Source of the DNA: Pannonibacter carbonis
GTDB taxonomy: Bacteria; Pseudomonadota; Alphaproteobacteria; Rhizobiales; Stappiaceae
Assembly (NCBI RefSeq): GCF_003012935.1
Contig: NZ_PUDR01000001.1
Location: 114,182 to 138,181, forward strand
DNA: 24,000 bases
Direction of reading: 5' to 3'
The notes beneath the pieces are model-generated. The model was given only the letters and a program-made list of their open reading frames with translations, did no database searches and had not been told where the DNA came from. Below, piece after piece: positions 15,349 to 23,198 of this stretch. Both the position numbers and the translations under genes were made by a program. Within the stretch, counting starts at the first letter, position 1. Each line of letters begins with the position of its first letter.

Positions 15349-17625
15349 CTAGCGTGTCAGCCGCAGGTAGAGCTTGGGCAGCCGGTCGGGGAGCGCGGTG
15401 ACGCGGTCGATCTGGATCACGTTCTGGCGTCCGAAAATTCGCGACAGATAGGTGTCTCCCGTGCGGTCCAGCCCGACGCAGAACACGTCGATCCCGGCAC
15501 CGGCTGCTTCCTGCACCGCCTTGCGCGCATCCTCCACAAGATGCTTCGGATCGCTCACGTCAATGTCCGACGGTTCGCCGTCGGTGATGATCAGCACCAG
15601 CCGGCGGTGCGTCGCCATCGGCTGGATGTCGCGCGTCGCCATGCGCAGGGCCCCGCCCATGCGGGTCGACAGGCCCGGCCTCAGCCCCGCCAGCCGCGCC
15701 TTGGCCCGCGTGTCGAAGGCCTCTCCGAACCGCTTGATGCGATGATAGCGCAGGTCCTCCCGACCATCGGAGTGGAAGGCGGCAAGGGCGAAAGGATCGC
15801 CGGCCTCGGCCATCGCAGCGGCCAGATGGGCTGCCGCCTCGCGAAGGATGGAGAATACCGAGACCGGCGAACCGTCGATCGTGTCCTTGGTGGATTCGGA
15901 AATATCCAGGAGCACGAGAACCGAAAGATCGCGGGAATTGAGCGTGCGGGTCTCGTAGACCCGCGTGTCGGGGGCGTGCCCCCCGGCGAGATCAATGCGC
16001 GCGCGCAGGGCGGCCTCCAGGTCGAGCCGGTCGCCTTCGGCCTGACGGCGCAGCCGCACCGGCTGGCCCGCGCGCGCCTGCCGGATCAGCGCGCTGGTAC
16101 GCCGCACCAGGTCCGGACGCTCTGAGAGGAGCCGGTCGATGATGGCCGCCGGCGCCATTCTCGGCGGATGCTCCATCACCTGCACCCAGTCCGGCCGGTG
16201 CCGATGGCTGACCGCATCCCATTCCGGCAGCCGGCACAGCGGGAACGCCGCCTCGGGATCGGCTTCGGTCAGCCGCACCGGACTGACATCGTCACCGCCC
16301 TCCTCGGTCCGGCGGCGGTCTGGCTCGTCGGTCTGCGTTTCCCGCTGCTCGATGCGCACGGAAATGGAGATTTCGTCCGGAGCCCCCTGCTCCTGGTCCG
16401 GCAGGTCGAACTGCCACAGACCCTGATTGTCATCGCGGTAGAGCGGCTGCACCGCATAGGTCTTGGAATTGAACTGCAGCCGCATCTGGCCGAGATCATT
16501 GCCGAGCCCGCTGCCGATCCGCCGGAGCACATCCGGATCGTCCCAGCTGTCCCGCGCCTCGCGGAAGGCCGCGCGTCCCTTCTGCACGAAGGGATCGGGG
16601 TCCTCGTGGTCGGGGTCTGCCAGGACCCGTGCCAGCCGGGCCAGCAGCGCCTCCGCCGTCCCCCCTTCGGCCGGCGCGGTATGGAACGGCAGCCACAGCC
16701 GGTTGAGCCCAGGGTACTGGGCAAGCGCCAGATGCTCGGCCCGCGCATCCTCAAGGAGCGAAATCAGCGCGATCTGCAACGGCTTCAGCGCTTTGGCCGG
16801 ACGGGGTCGTCCGGAATGGGCCAGATGCGCGCCGATGTGCAGCGCTGCTGCCTTCATCAGGGTGACGGCCGCCTCCCCCCGCACGCCGCGATAGGCATCG
16901 GGCAGGAACAGGATGCGACCATCGAAGCTGGACCGGCGGGCGGTCTGGGCCCCGCCCGCCGGTGAAGGGCGGATCACGGGCTCGACCGACCAGAGCGCCG
17001 TAACCAGACCCTTGAGACGTGGCTCCAGCCGGGCGAGCGGCACATCGGCCGCCTCGCGCAGGAGGAGCGTTTCGGCCCGCGGATCGCGGAAGGAAAACAG
17101 GGCCTGCCGCAGGTCTTCCCGGCCTGCCGCCAGGTCGATCAGCGCCCCGACAAAGCCGGCAAGACCGCGAGCGCCCAGCCGGCCAAGCAGATGATCGGTC
17201 TCACCTGCAAACGCGGCGAGGCTTTCCGGCGCGCGCTCGGCCACATCGGCGACCACCGCAAGCCAGGCCGAGAGATCATCGCCATCGCTCAGCCAGCGCA
17301 GCGCGCGCGGCACCGCTGCAAGGACCAGCGTTGCATCGCCGCCACGCCCACGTTGGCCAAGGTCGCTGGCCTGCTCCAGAAGCCGGATCAGCGGCTCCGC
17401 ACCGGCCCGGTCGAACAGCGCCGATGCCGCCGCCGCCAGCGCCCGCCGCTGCAGGCTCGCAGGCTGGAACCGGTCGCAGAAGGTGGCGGCAGCCAACTCG
17501 AGCGCGGCCCGATCCTCCGCCGGCATGCGCGCCGTCAATCCGGGCAGCAGCCGATCCGTCGCGGATCCGGCAGACGCCGCAAGGGTCAGCGGGCCTGGCC
17601 TGTCCGCCTCTGCCAGTTGGGTCAT
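15349..17625 (-). CDS. VWA-domain protein, CbbO/NorD-like partner of the CbbQ-type ATPase
   Basis: The ORF 15349-17655 is trimmed to the ATG at 17625, with RBS GAAGGTG, 14 bp after the ATPase stop. The C-terminal VWA domain has an intact MIDAS: VLLDISESTKD ... GLSTRMGGAL ... LIITDGEPSD. The long helical N-terminal region and acidic linker match the CbbO/NorD architecture. Confidence 0.85.
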   Translation of the reverse strand: MTQLAEADRPGPLTLAASAGSATDRLLPGLTARMPAEDRAALELAAATFCDRFQPASLQRRALAAAASALFDRAGAEPLIRLLEQASDLGQRGRGGDATLVLAAVPRALRWLSDGDDLSAWLAVVADVAERAPESLAAFAGETDHLLGRLGARGLAGFVGALIDLAAGREDLRQALFSFRDPRAETLLLREAADVPLARLEPRLKGLVTALWSVEPVIRPSPAGGAQTARRSSFDGRILFLPDAYRGVRGEAAVTLMKAAALHIGAHLAHSGRPRPAKALKPLQIALISLLEDARAEHLALAQYPGLNRLWLPFHTAPAEGGTAEALLARLARVLADPDHEDPDPFVQKGRAAFREARDSWDDPDVLRRIGSGLGNDLGQMRLQFNSKTYAVQPLYRDDNQGLWQFDLPDQEQGAPDEISISVRIEQRETQTDEPDRRRTEEGGDDVSPVRLTEADPEAAFPLCRLPEWDAVSHRHRPDWVQVMEHPPRMAPAAIIDRLLSERPDLVRRTSALIRQARAGQPVRLRRQAEGDRLDLEAALRARIDLAGGHAPDTRVYETRTLNSRDLSVLVLLDISESTKDTIDGSPVSVFSILREAAAHLAAAMAEAGDPFALAAFHSDGREDLRYHRIKRFGEAFDTRAKARLAGLRPGLSTRMGGALRMATRDIQPMATHRRLVLIITDGEPSDIDVSDPKHLVEDARKAVQEAAGAGIDVFCVGLDRTGDTYLSRIFGRQNVIQIDRVTALPDRLPKLYLRLTR

Positions 17626-17638
17626 CCCGGCCACCTTC

Positions 17639-18448
17639 TTACTGGCACGCCGCAATGGCGTCCGTCAGGCTGGCCCGCAGATCCGGGTCGTCGGTGATCG
17701 GCAGGACCAGCGCCATCTGGCAGGCGGCGGTGAGCGAGATGCCGCGCGCCATCAGGCGCCCGGCCTGGATCAGCATGCGCGTCGAGGCGCCTTCATCAAG
17801 GCCATGGCCCTTCAGGTTGCGCGAGCGGTCGGCGACCTTCACGAGAAGCGTGGCCGTGGCCTCGTCGATGCCGGCCTCGCGCGCCACGATCCGGGCCTCG
17901 CGTGCGGCATCGGGATAGGTGAAGTCGAGGCCAACGAAGCGCTGCTTGGTGGATTCCTTCAGATCCTTCAGCACGCTCTGGTAGCCCGGGTTGTAGGAGA
18001 TCACGAGCTGGAAGTCGGGATGCGCCCGCACCAGCTCGTTCTTCTTGTCGAGCGGCAGGATGCGCCGGTCGTCGGTGAGCGGATGGATGACCACGGTCGT
18101 GTCCTGCCGCGCCTCGACGATCTCGTCGAGATAGCAGATCGCGCCGTGGCGCACGGCCAGCGTCAGCGGACCGTCGTGCCAGACGGTGCCGTCCGCATCG
18201 AGCAGGAACCGCCCGACAAGGTCGGAAGCGGTCATGTCCTCGTGGCAGGCGACGGTCACCAGCGGCCGGCCGAGCCGCCAGGCCATATGCTCGATGAACC
18301 GCGTCTTGCCGCAGCCGGTCGGCCCCTTGATCATGACCGGCTGGCGCAGGGCATGGGCCGCTGTGAAGAGGTCGATCTCGTCCGCCTGCGGGGCGTAGAA
18401 GGGTTCGTCGGCAAGGAAATACGGCGCAAGGACCATCGTCTGGCTCAC
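17639..18448 (-). CDS. CbbQ/NirQ/NorQ/GvpN-family MoxR AAA+ ATPase
   Basis: 269 aa. Walker [12 protein letters not shown], Walker [12 protein letters not shown], CbbQ-type C-terminal helical domain. GTG start at 18448; an alternative ATG lies at 18436. Confidence 0.9.
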   Translation of the reverse strand: MSQTMVLAPYFLADEPFYAPQADEIDLFTAAHALRQPVMIKGPTGCGKTRFIEHMAWRLGRPLVTVACHEDMTASDLVGRFLLDADGTVWHDGPLTLAVRHGAICYLDEIVEARQDTTVVIHPLTDDRRILPLDKKNELVRAHPDFQLVISYNPGYQSVLKDLKESTKQRFVGLDFTYPDAAREARIVAREAGIDEATATLLVKVADRSRNLKGHGLDEGASTRMLIQAGRLMARGISLTAACQMALVLPITDDPDLRASLTDAIAACQ

Positions 18449-18463
18449 TCTGGATGCAATCTT

Positions 18464-18502
18464 TGGAAAAAAGAGGCCGGCGGCGGATGGGACGCCGCCG
18501 GC
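18464..18502 (-). terminator. Rho-independent terminator immediately downstream of amiE
   Basis: Minus-strand reading: TGA, 7 nt, GCCGGCGGCG, ucccauc, CGCCGCCGGC, CUCUUUUUUCC. That is a perfect 10-bp all-GC stem (18476-18485 / 18493-18502) followed by a run of six U (A-run 18467-18472 on the plus strand). Confidence 0.8.
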
Positions 18503-18509
18503 AAGTCCG

Positions 18510-19550
18510 TCAGCGGTGGACAGGGGTCTTTTCGTTCGGGATGCCGTCGATCGGGCACTCGGACGTTCCGGCGGTGGACCGGGTCATGGCCTCGACCATT
18601 TCGCGGGTGCCTTCCGGATCACTGATCCACTTCTGGTAGAAGTCATAGGGGCAGGCCGCGACGCCCTTGGAGCTTTCGCCGGAATTGATCATGCCGGTGT
18701 AGCCACGGTGAACGAGCTTGTAGAGGTGGTTCTGCGACTGCATGTTGCGCCGCGCGTCACGGATCATCGAGACGGAGAGCTGCGCATATTGGATGCCGTA
18801 ATCCTCCTCGCCGCACTCACCGAGCGTCCGGCCGTCGAAGCCGACGATGGCGGAATGGCCGAAGTAGGAATAGACGCCGTCAAAGCCGGCCGCATTGGCC
18901 ACCGCCACATAGACGTTGTTGGCGAAGGCCATGGCCTTGGAGATGATGATCTGCTGCTCCTTGGCCGGGTACATGTAGCCCTGGCAGCGGACGATCAGCT
19001 CGGCGCCCTTCATGGCACAGTCGCGCCAGATTTCCGGATAGTTGCCGTCATCACAGATGATCAGCGAGATCTTCATGCCCTTCGGGCCTTCCGACACGTA
19101 GGTGCAGTTGCCCGGATACCAGCCCTCGATCGGCACCCACGGCATGATCTTGCGGTACTTCTGGACGATCTCGCCCTTGTTGTTCATCAGGATGAGGGTG
19201 TTGTAGGGCGCCTTGTTCGGGTGCTCCTCGTGTCGCTCGCCGGTGAGCGAGAACACGCCCCAGACATTCGCCTTGCGGCAGGCTTCCGCGAAGATGGCGG
19301 TTTCCTCGCCCGGCACCTGCGAGGCGGTCTCGTACATCTCCTTGCTGTCGTACATGATGCCGTGGGTCGAGTATTCCGGGAAGATCACGAGATCCATGCC
19401 CGGCAGCCCGATCTTCATGCCCTCGACCATCGCCGCGATCTTGCGGGCATTCTCGAGCACTTCGGCCTTGGTATGAAGGCGCGGCATCTTGTAGTTGACC
19501 ACCGCCACGCCGACGGTGTCATTGCTGCTGGAAATATCGCCGTGATGCAT
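18510..19550 (-). CDS. amiE: Aliphatic amidase (acylamide amidohydrolase), nitrilase superfamily
   Basis: 346 aa. Near-collinear with Pseudomonas aeruginosa AmiE as I recall it ([25 protein letters not shown]..., [40 protein letters not shown]). The catalytic triad is at the canonical positions E59 (FPEY), K134 (YRKIMPW) and C166 (IICDDG). RBS GGAGGAA. Confidence 0.95.
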   Translation of the reverse strand: MHHGDISSSNDTVGVAVVNYKMPRLHTKAEVLENARKIAAMVEGMKIGLPGMDLVIFPEYSTHGIMYDSKEMYETASQVPGEETAIFAEACRKANVWGVFSLTGERHEEHPNKAPYNTLILMNNKGEIVQKYRKIMPWVPIEGWYPGNCTYVSEGPKGMKISLIICDDGNYPEIWRDCAMKGAELIVRCQGYMYPAKEQQIIISKAMAFANNVYVAVANAAGFDGVYSYFGHSAIVGFDGRTLGECGEEDYGIQYAQLSVSMIRDARRNMQSQNHLYKLVHRGYTGMINSGESSKGVAACPYDFYQKWISDPEGTREMVEAMTRSTAGTSECPIDGIPNEKTPVHR

Positions 19551-19611
19551 GTTTGTTCCTCCGGTGGAGTGGTTGGGACCCTCGCGTCTTGCTTGAATGG
19601 GCCTGGTCGCC

Positions 19612-20310
19612 TCACACCGCCATGTGGCGGTGGATGAGGTCGTCGGTCAGCCCTGCGATAGGTCCGGATGCGACCACGCGTCCCTTTTCCAGGATCGCGA
19701 AGTCGGTGCTGGCGCGCCGTGCGAACACAATGTTCTGTTCCACGAGCACGATGGTGATGCCGAAACGCCGGTTCAGCGACAGGATCGCCTCCTCGATCAG
19801 TTCGACAATGTTGGGCTGGATGCCCTCCGCCGGCTCATCCAAGAGGATGATGCGCGGGTCGGTCATCAGCGCCCGGGCGATGGCCAGCTGTTGCTGCTGG
19901 CCGCCCGAAAGGTTGCCTCCGGCGCGGCCACGAAACTCGCGCAGGATCGGGAACATGTCGAAGACGAGCGCCTCCAGCTCCTTGCCTCGGTCGCTGGTGC
20001 GGGCAAAGCCGCCGAGCTGCAGGTTCTCGTAGACGGTGAAACGCGGCAGGATGCCTCGTCCCTGCGGCACATAGCCAATGCCGGCGCGGGCTCGTTGATG
20101 GGTCGCCATCCGGTTGATGTCCTGACCATCGAGGCGGATCTCTCCCTCGGTCCGGTCGAGGAGGCCAAGCATGGCGCGCATCAGCGTCGTCTTGCCGACG
20201 CCATTGCGGCCAAGCACCGACAGGAAGGCGCCCGTACCGACGCTCAGGTCGATACCCTGCAGGGCACGCGAGTTGCCGTAGAAGCCGTCGAGTTTGCTGA
20301 TCTCAAGCAC
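19612..20310 (-). CDS. urtE: Urea/short-chain-amide ABC transporter ATP-binding protein UrtE-like
   Basis: 232 aa. Walker [10 protein letters not shown] and the signature [15 protein letters not shown] typical of UrtE/LivF-type subunits. Its GTG start overlaps the urtD end by 8 nt. Confidence 0.88.
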   Translation of the reverse strand: MLEISKLDGFYGNSRALQGIDLSVGTGAFLSVLGRNGVGKTTLMRAMLGLLDRTEGEIRLDGQDINRMATHQRARAGIGYVPQGRGILPRFTVYENLQLGGFARTSDRGKELEALVFDMFPILREFRGRAGGNLSGGQQQQLAIARALMTDPRIILLDEPAEGIQPNIVELIEEAILSLNRRFGITIVLVEQNIVFARRASTDFAILEKGRVVASGPIAGLTDDLIHRHMAV

Positions 20311-21052
20311 CGTGGATCCCCATCGAACCGAGGTAGACTTCGCGCACGCGCTCGTTGGCGCTGATCTCGTCCGCCGTGCCTTCCGCCAGCAGCGAGCCCT
20401 GGTGCATCACCGAGAGGACGTCGCCGATGTCGCGCACGAAGCCCATGTCGTGCTCGACGACGATGATCGTGTGCTTGCCCTTGAGGCGGTTGCAGATGTC
20501 GGCCGTCTTGCGCGTTTCCTGCGCCGTCATGCCGGCAGTCGGCTCGTCGAGCAGGATGAGCTCGCTGTCCTGGGCCAGCAGCAGGGCAATCTCGAGCCAC
20601 TGCGTCTGGCCATGCGACAGGTTGGCCGCCGGCTCGTCGAGCTGGTCGGCAAGCCCCACGAACTCCGCCAGATGCTCAAGTCCGTCGCCGGAGCGCCCGC
20701 GCCGGAAGAGGTTCGCGAAAACACCGGGCTGACGGCACAGCGCAACCTCCAGGTTTTCGCGCACCGACAGCTGGCGGAACACGCTGGGGACCTGGAACTT
20801 GCGGCCAACCCCGGCTCGCGCGATCTCGAAGTCTTCCATTGTGGTCAGATTTTTGTCGCCCAGCCGGATCTCGCCGCTGACTGCCCGGGTCTTGCCGCAG
20901 ATGAGGTCGAGCGCAGTGGTCTTGCCCGCACCATTGGGGCCGATCAGGCAACGCAGCTCACCCTTGTTGACGCTCAGGTTGAGATTGTTGACCGCGCGAA
21001 AGCCGTTGAAGCTGACGCAGAGATCGACAAGTTGCAGATGCACGGCGCTCAT
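20303..21052 (-). CDS. urtD: Urea/short-chain-amide ABC transporter ATP-binding protein UrtD-like
   Basis: The ORF 20303-21334 is trimmed to the ATG at 21052 (MSAVHLQLVDLCVSFNGF...), which overlaps the urtC stop as ATGA. Walker A GPNGAGKTT, signature LSHGQTQWLE, Walker B ILLDEPT. Confidence 0.88.
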   Translation of the reverse strand: MSAVHLQLVDLCVSFNGFRAVNNLNLSVNKGELRCLIGPNGAGKTTALDLICGKTRAVSGEIRLGDKNLTTMEDFEIARAGVGRKFQVPSVFRQLSVRENLEVALCRQPGVFANLFRRGRSGDGLEHLAEFVGLADQLDEPAANLSHGQTQWLEIALLLAQDSELILLDEPTAGMTAQETRKTADICNRLKGKHTIIVVEHDMGFVRDIGDVLSVMHQGSLLAEGTADEISANERVREVYLGSMGIHGA

Positions 21053-22218
21053 GACTTGTCTCCCGGTTTGGTGGCGGACACCTCGGCGAGCGCAGGACGC
21101 AGGGCAGCGCCCTCGCTGCGCCGGGATGACTGCGCGAGGCGATTGCGAATGAGCGTGACAAGGCCGGCAAGGCCATTGGGCAGGAACAGCACGACCAGCA
21201 CGAAGGTCACGCCCATCACCAGCGTCCAGCTGTCGAGGAAGGCTTCGCTTTCGGAGAGGGCGCCCTGCATCCCGGCAATCAGGATTGCGCCGATGAGGGC
21301 TCCCACGAGGCTTTGGCGACCACCCACGGCACACCAGATGACGATGGACAGCGACAGCGGCACATCGAGGAATGTCGGCGAGGCGAACTCCATCACCACG
21401 GTGTAGAGCATGCCTGCCAGACCGGCGACGGCAGCCGAAACAGACATGGCGAGGATCTTGAAGGCCGCGACGTCGTAGCCGAAGAAGCGCACCCGCCGTT
21501 CGTCATCGCGGATCGCCTGGAAGATCAGCCCGGCCTTGCTGCGGATCACGGCCAGACAGGCAAACAGCGACACGGTCAGGCAGGTGGCCACGAGATAGTA
21601 GGTACTGGCCGAGTAGGAATCGAACACGAAGCCGAAGAGTTCCAGCTGAGCAAGGTCCGTGATGCCGTTGAAACCGCCCGTGTAGCTCTGCAGGTCGATG
21701 ATCAGCAGGTTGCCAACGACCAGCGCGGCCAGCGTGATGATGGCTACAAAGACGCCGGTGACGCGGCCGCGGAACATGAACCAGCCAAGCAGCGCCGCAA
21801 TCAGCACCGGAACGAGGATCCCGGCGATGATCGCAAATGTCATCGACTGGAACGGCACCCAGGCGAGCGGCAGTCGTTCCACGTTGTTCCAGACCATGAA
21901 GTCCGGCAGGCCCTCGGAGCCGGTGTGCACCGGAACCGTGCGCAGCTTCAGCGCCATGGCCATGCAATAGGAACCAAGCCCAAAGCTCAGCGCCTGACCG
22001 AGGTTGAGGATCCCGGCATAGCCCCAGGACAGGGCCAGCGCCATCGCCACCATACCCAGCACCAGATAACGGGCGATGCGGTTCAGCAGGAAGTCGTCGT
22101 CTATGCCGAGCGGCACCACGAAGATCAGCAGGCAGACTACGGCATAGGCGGCAATCTGCAGGCGGCCGTTGAGGACGGACTCCGATCGTCTTGAGGGAGA
22201 AAGAGACACACGTGTCAT
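21049..22218 (-). CDS. urtC: Urea/short-chain-amide ABC transporter permease UrtC-like
   Basis: The ORF 21049-22332 is trimmed to the ATG at 22218, 4 nt after the urtB stop. LivM/UrtC-type polytopic permease. Confidence 0.85.
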   Translation of the reverse strand: MTRVSLSPSRRSESVLNGRLQIAAYAVVCLLIFVVPLGIDDDFLLNRIARYLVLGMVAMALALSWGYAGILNLGQALSFGLGSYCMAMALKLRTVPVHTGSEGLPDFMVWNNVERLPLAWVPFQSMTFAIIAGILVPVLIAALLGWFMFRGRVTGVFVAIITLAALVVGNLLIIDLQSYTGGFNGITDLAQLELFGFVFDSYSASTYYLVATCLTVSLFACLAVIRSKAGLIFQAIRDDERRVRFFGYDVAAFKILAMSVSAAVAGLAGMLYTVVMEFASPTFLDVPLSLSIVIWCAVGGRQSLVGALIGAILIAGMQGALSESEAFLDSWTLVMGVTFVLVVLFLPNGLAGLVTLIRNRLAQSSRRSEGAALRPALAEVSATKPGDKS

Positions 22219-22222
22219 GGGA

Positions 22223-23092
22223 TCAGCTCCGGACCTTGGTGACGAACAGGCCCTGCGGGCGGAAACGGATGAGGACGATGATCGCAAGCAGCACCAGCGC
22301 CTTGGCGATCGTGTCGTTCGACACATAGGCAAGCGAGCCGGACATCTGGCCGAGCAACGCAGCGCTGGCTACCGTTCCGAACAGGCTCTGCACGCCGCCG
22401 AGGACGACAACGAAGAACGCATCGACCACATAGGCTGCGCCCATTTCCGGACTCACGCTCTTCAGCGGCGCCACCAGCGCACCAGCGAGACCGGCAAGGC
22501 CCGCGCCGTAGGCAAAGGTCAGGCTGTAGACCTTGTCGGCATTGACGCCGAAGCACATGGCGGTGTTGCGATCCTGCACGACAGCACGCAACCGCGTGCC
22601 GAAGGAGGTTCGGAACATCAGTGCCCACGTCGCGGCAAACAAGGCGGCGACAAACAGGAAGACAAAGACGCGGTAGGACGAAACACCGACGCCAAGGATC
22701 GAGACTGTCCCGGAGAAAATCTCCGGCATGCCGACGTAGCGCAGCTCTCCGCCCGCCGTCAGGCGGATGACCTGTTGCAGCACCACGCCGATGCCCCAGG
22801 TCGCCAGCAACGTGTCGAGTGGCCGGGCGTACAGGAACCGGATCACCCCGCGCTCAGTCGCCCAGCCGAAGGCGCCAACCCCGATAAAGATGAAGACGAG
22901 GCTGGACAGGAGATCCAGCCCGAACACGCTGTTGAGCGCCCAGGCTCCATAGGCCCCGAGCATGACGAACTCGCCATGGGCCATGTTGATGACGCCCATG
23001 GAGCCGTAGATGATCGCCAGACCCAGCGCGACAAGCAGCAGGATGGAACCGATGCTGAGGCCGGTGATGACTTGTTGAAGAATGAAATCCAC
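22223..23092 (-). CDS. urtB: Urea/short-chain-amide ABC transporter permease UrtB-like
   Basis: The ORF 22223-23323 is trimmed to the GTG at 23092 (VDFILQQVITGLSIGSILLLVALGLAIIYGSMGVINMAHGE...), preceded by GAGGGAG with a 5-nt spacer. The longer ORF would run through the intergenic hairpin. LivH/UrtB family. Confidence 0.82.
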   Translation of the reverse strand: MDFILQQVITGLSIGSILLLVALGLAIIYGSMGVINMAHGEFVMLGAYGAWALNSVFGLDLLSSLVFIFIGVGAFGWATERGVIRFLYARPLDTLLATWGIGVVLQQVIRLTAGGELRYVGMPEIFSGTVSILGVGVSSYRVFVFLFVAALFAATWALMFRTSFGTRLRAVVQDRNTAMCFGVNADKVYSLTFAYGAGLAGLAGALVAPLKSVSPEMGAAYVVDAFFVVVLGGVQSLFGTVASAALLGQMSGSLAYVSNDTIAKALVLLAIIVLIRFRPQGLFVTKVRS

Positions 23093-23127
23093 GGGCGTGC
23101 TCCCTCGCCAGCCGCATTGCCTCTCGA

Positions 23128-23175
23128 AAGCCCCTGTTTCCCCGGCGCTGAAGAGCGCCGGGGAAACAGGGGCTT
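23128..23175 (-). other. 48-nt perfect hairpin between the binding-protein gene and urtB
   Basis: aagcccctgtttccccggcgct (23128-23149), gaag loop, agcgccggggaaacaggggctt (23154-23175). The stem is 22 bp with no mismatch, and 15 of 22 pairs are G-C. No U tract follows on either strand. Confidence 0.85.
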
Positions 23176-23198
23176 GTCTTTCGCAGGAGAACGTTCGA

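Noticed and set aside
19551-19611. Search for an AmiR-type leader terminator/antiterminator upstream of amiE, as in the Pseudomonas ami operon
   Set aside because: The 61-bp gap contains only very short potential pairings and a strong RBS. There is no stable stem plus U tract. amiE is more simply read as co-transcribed with urtE.
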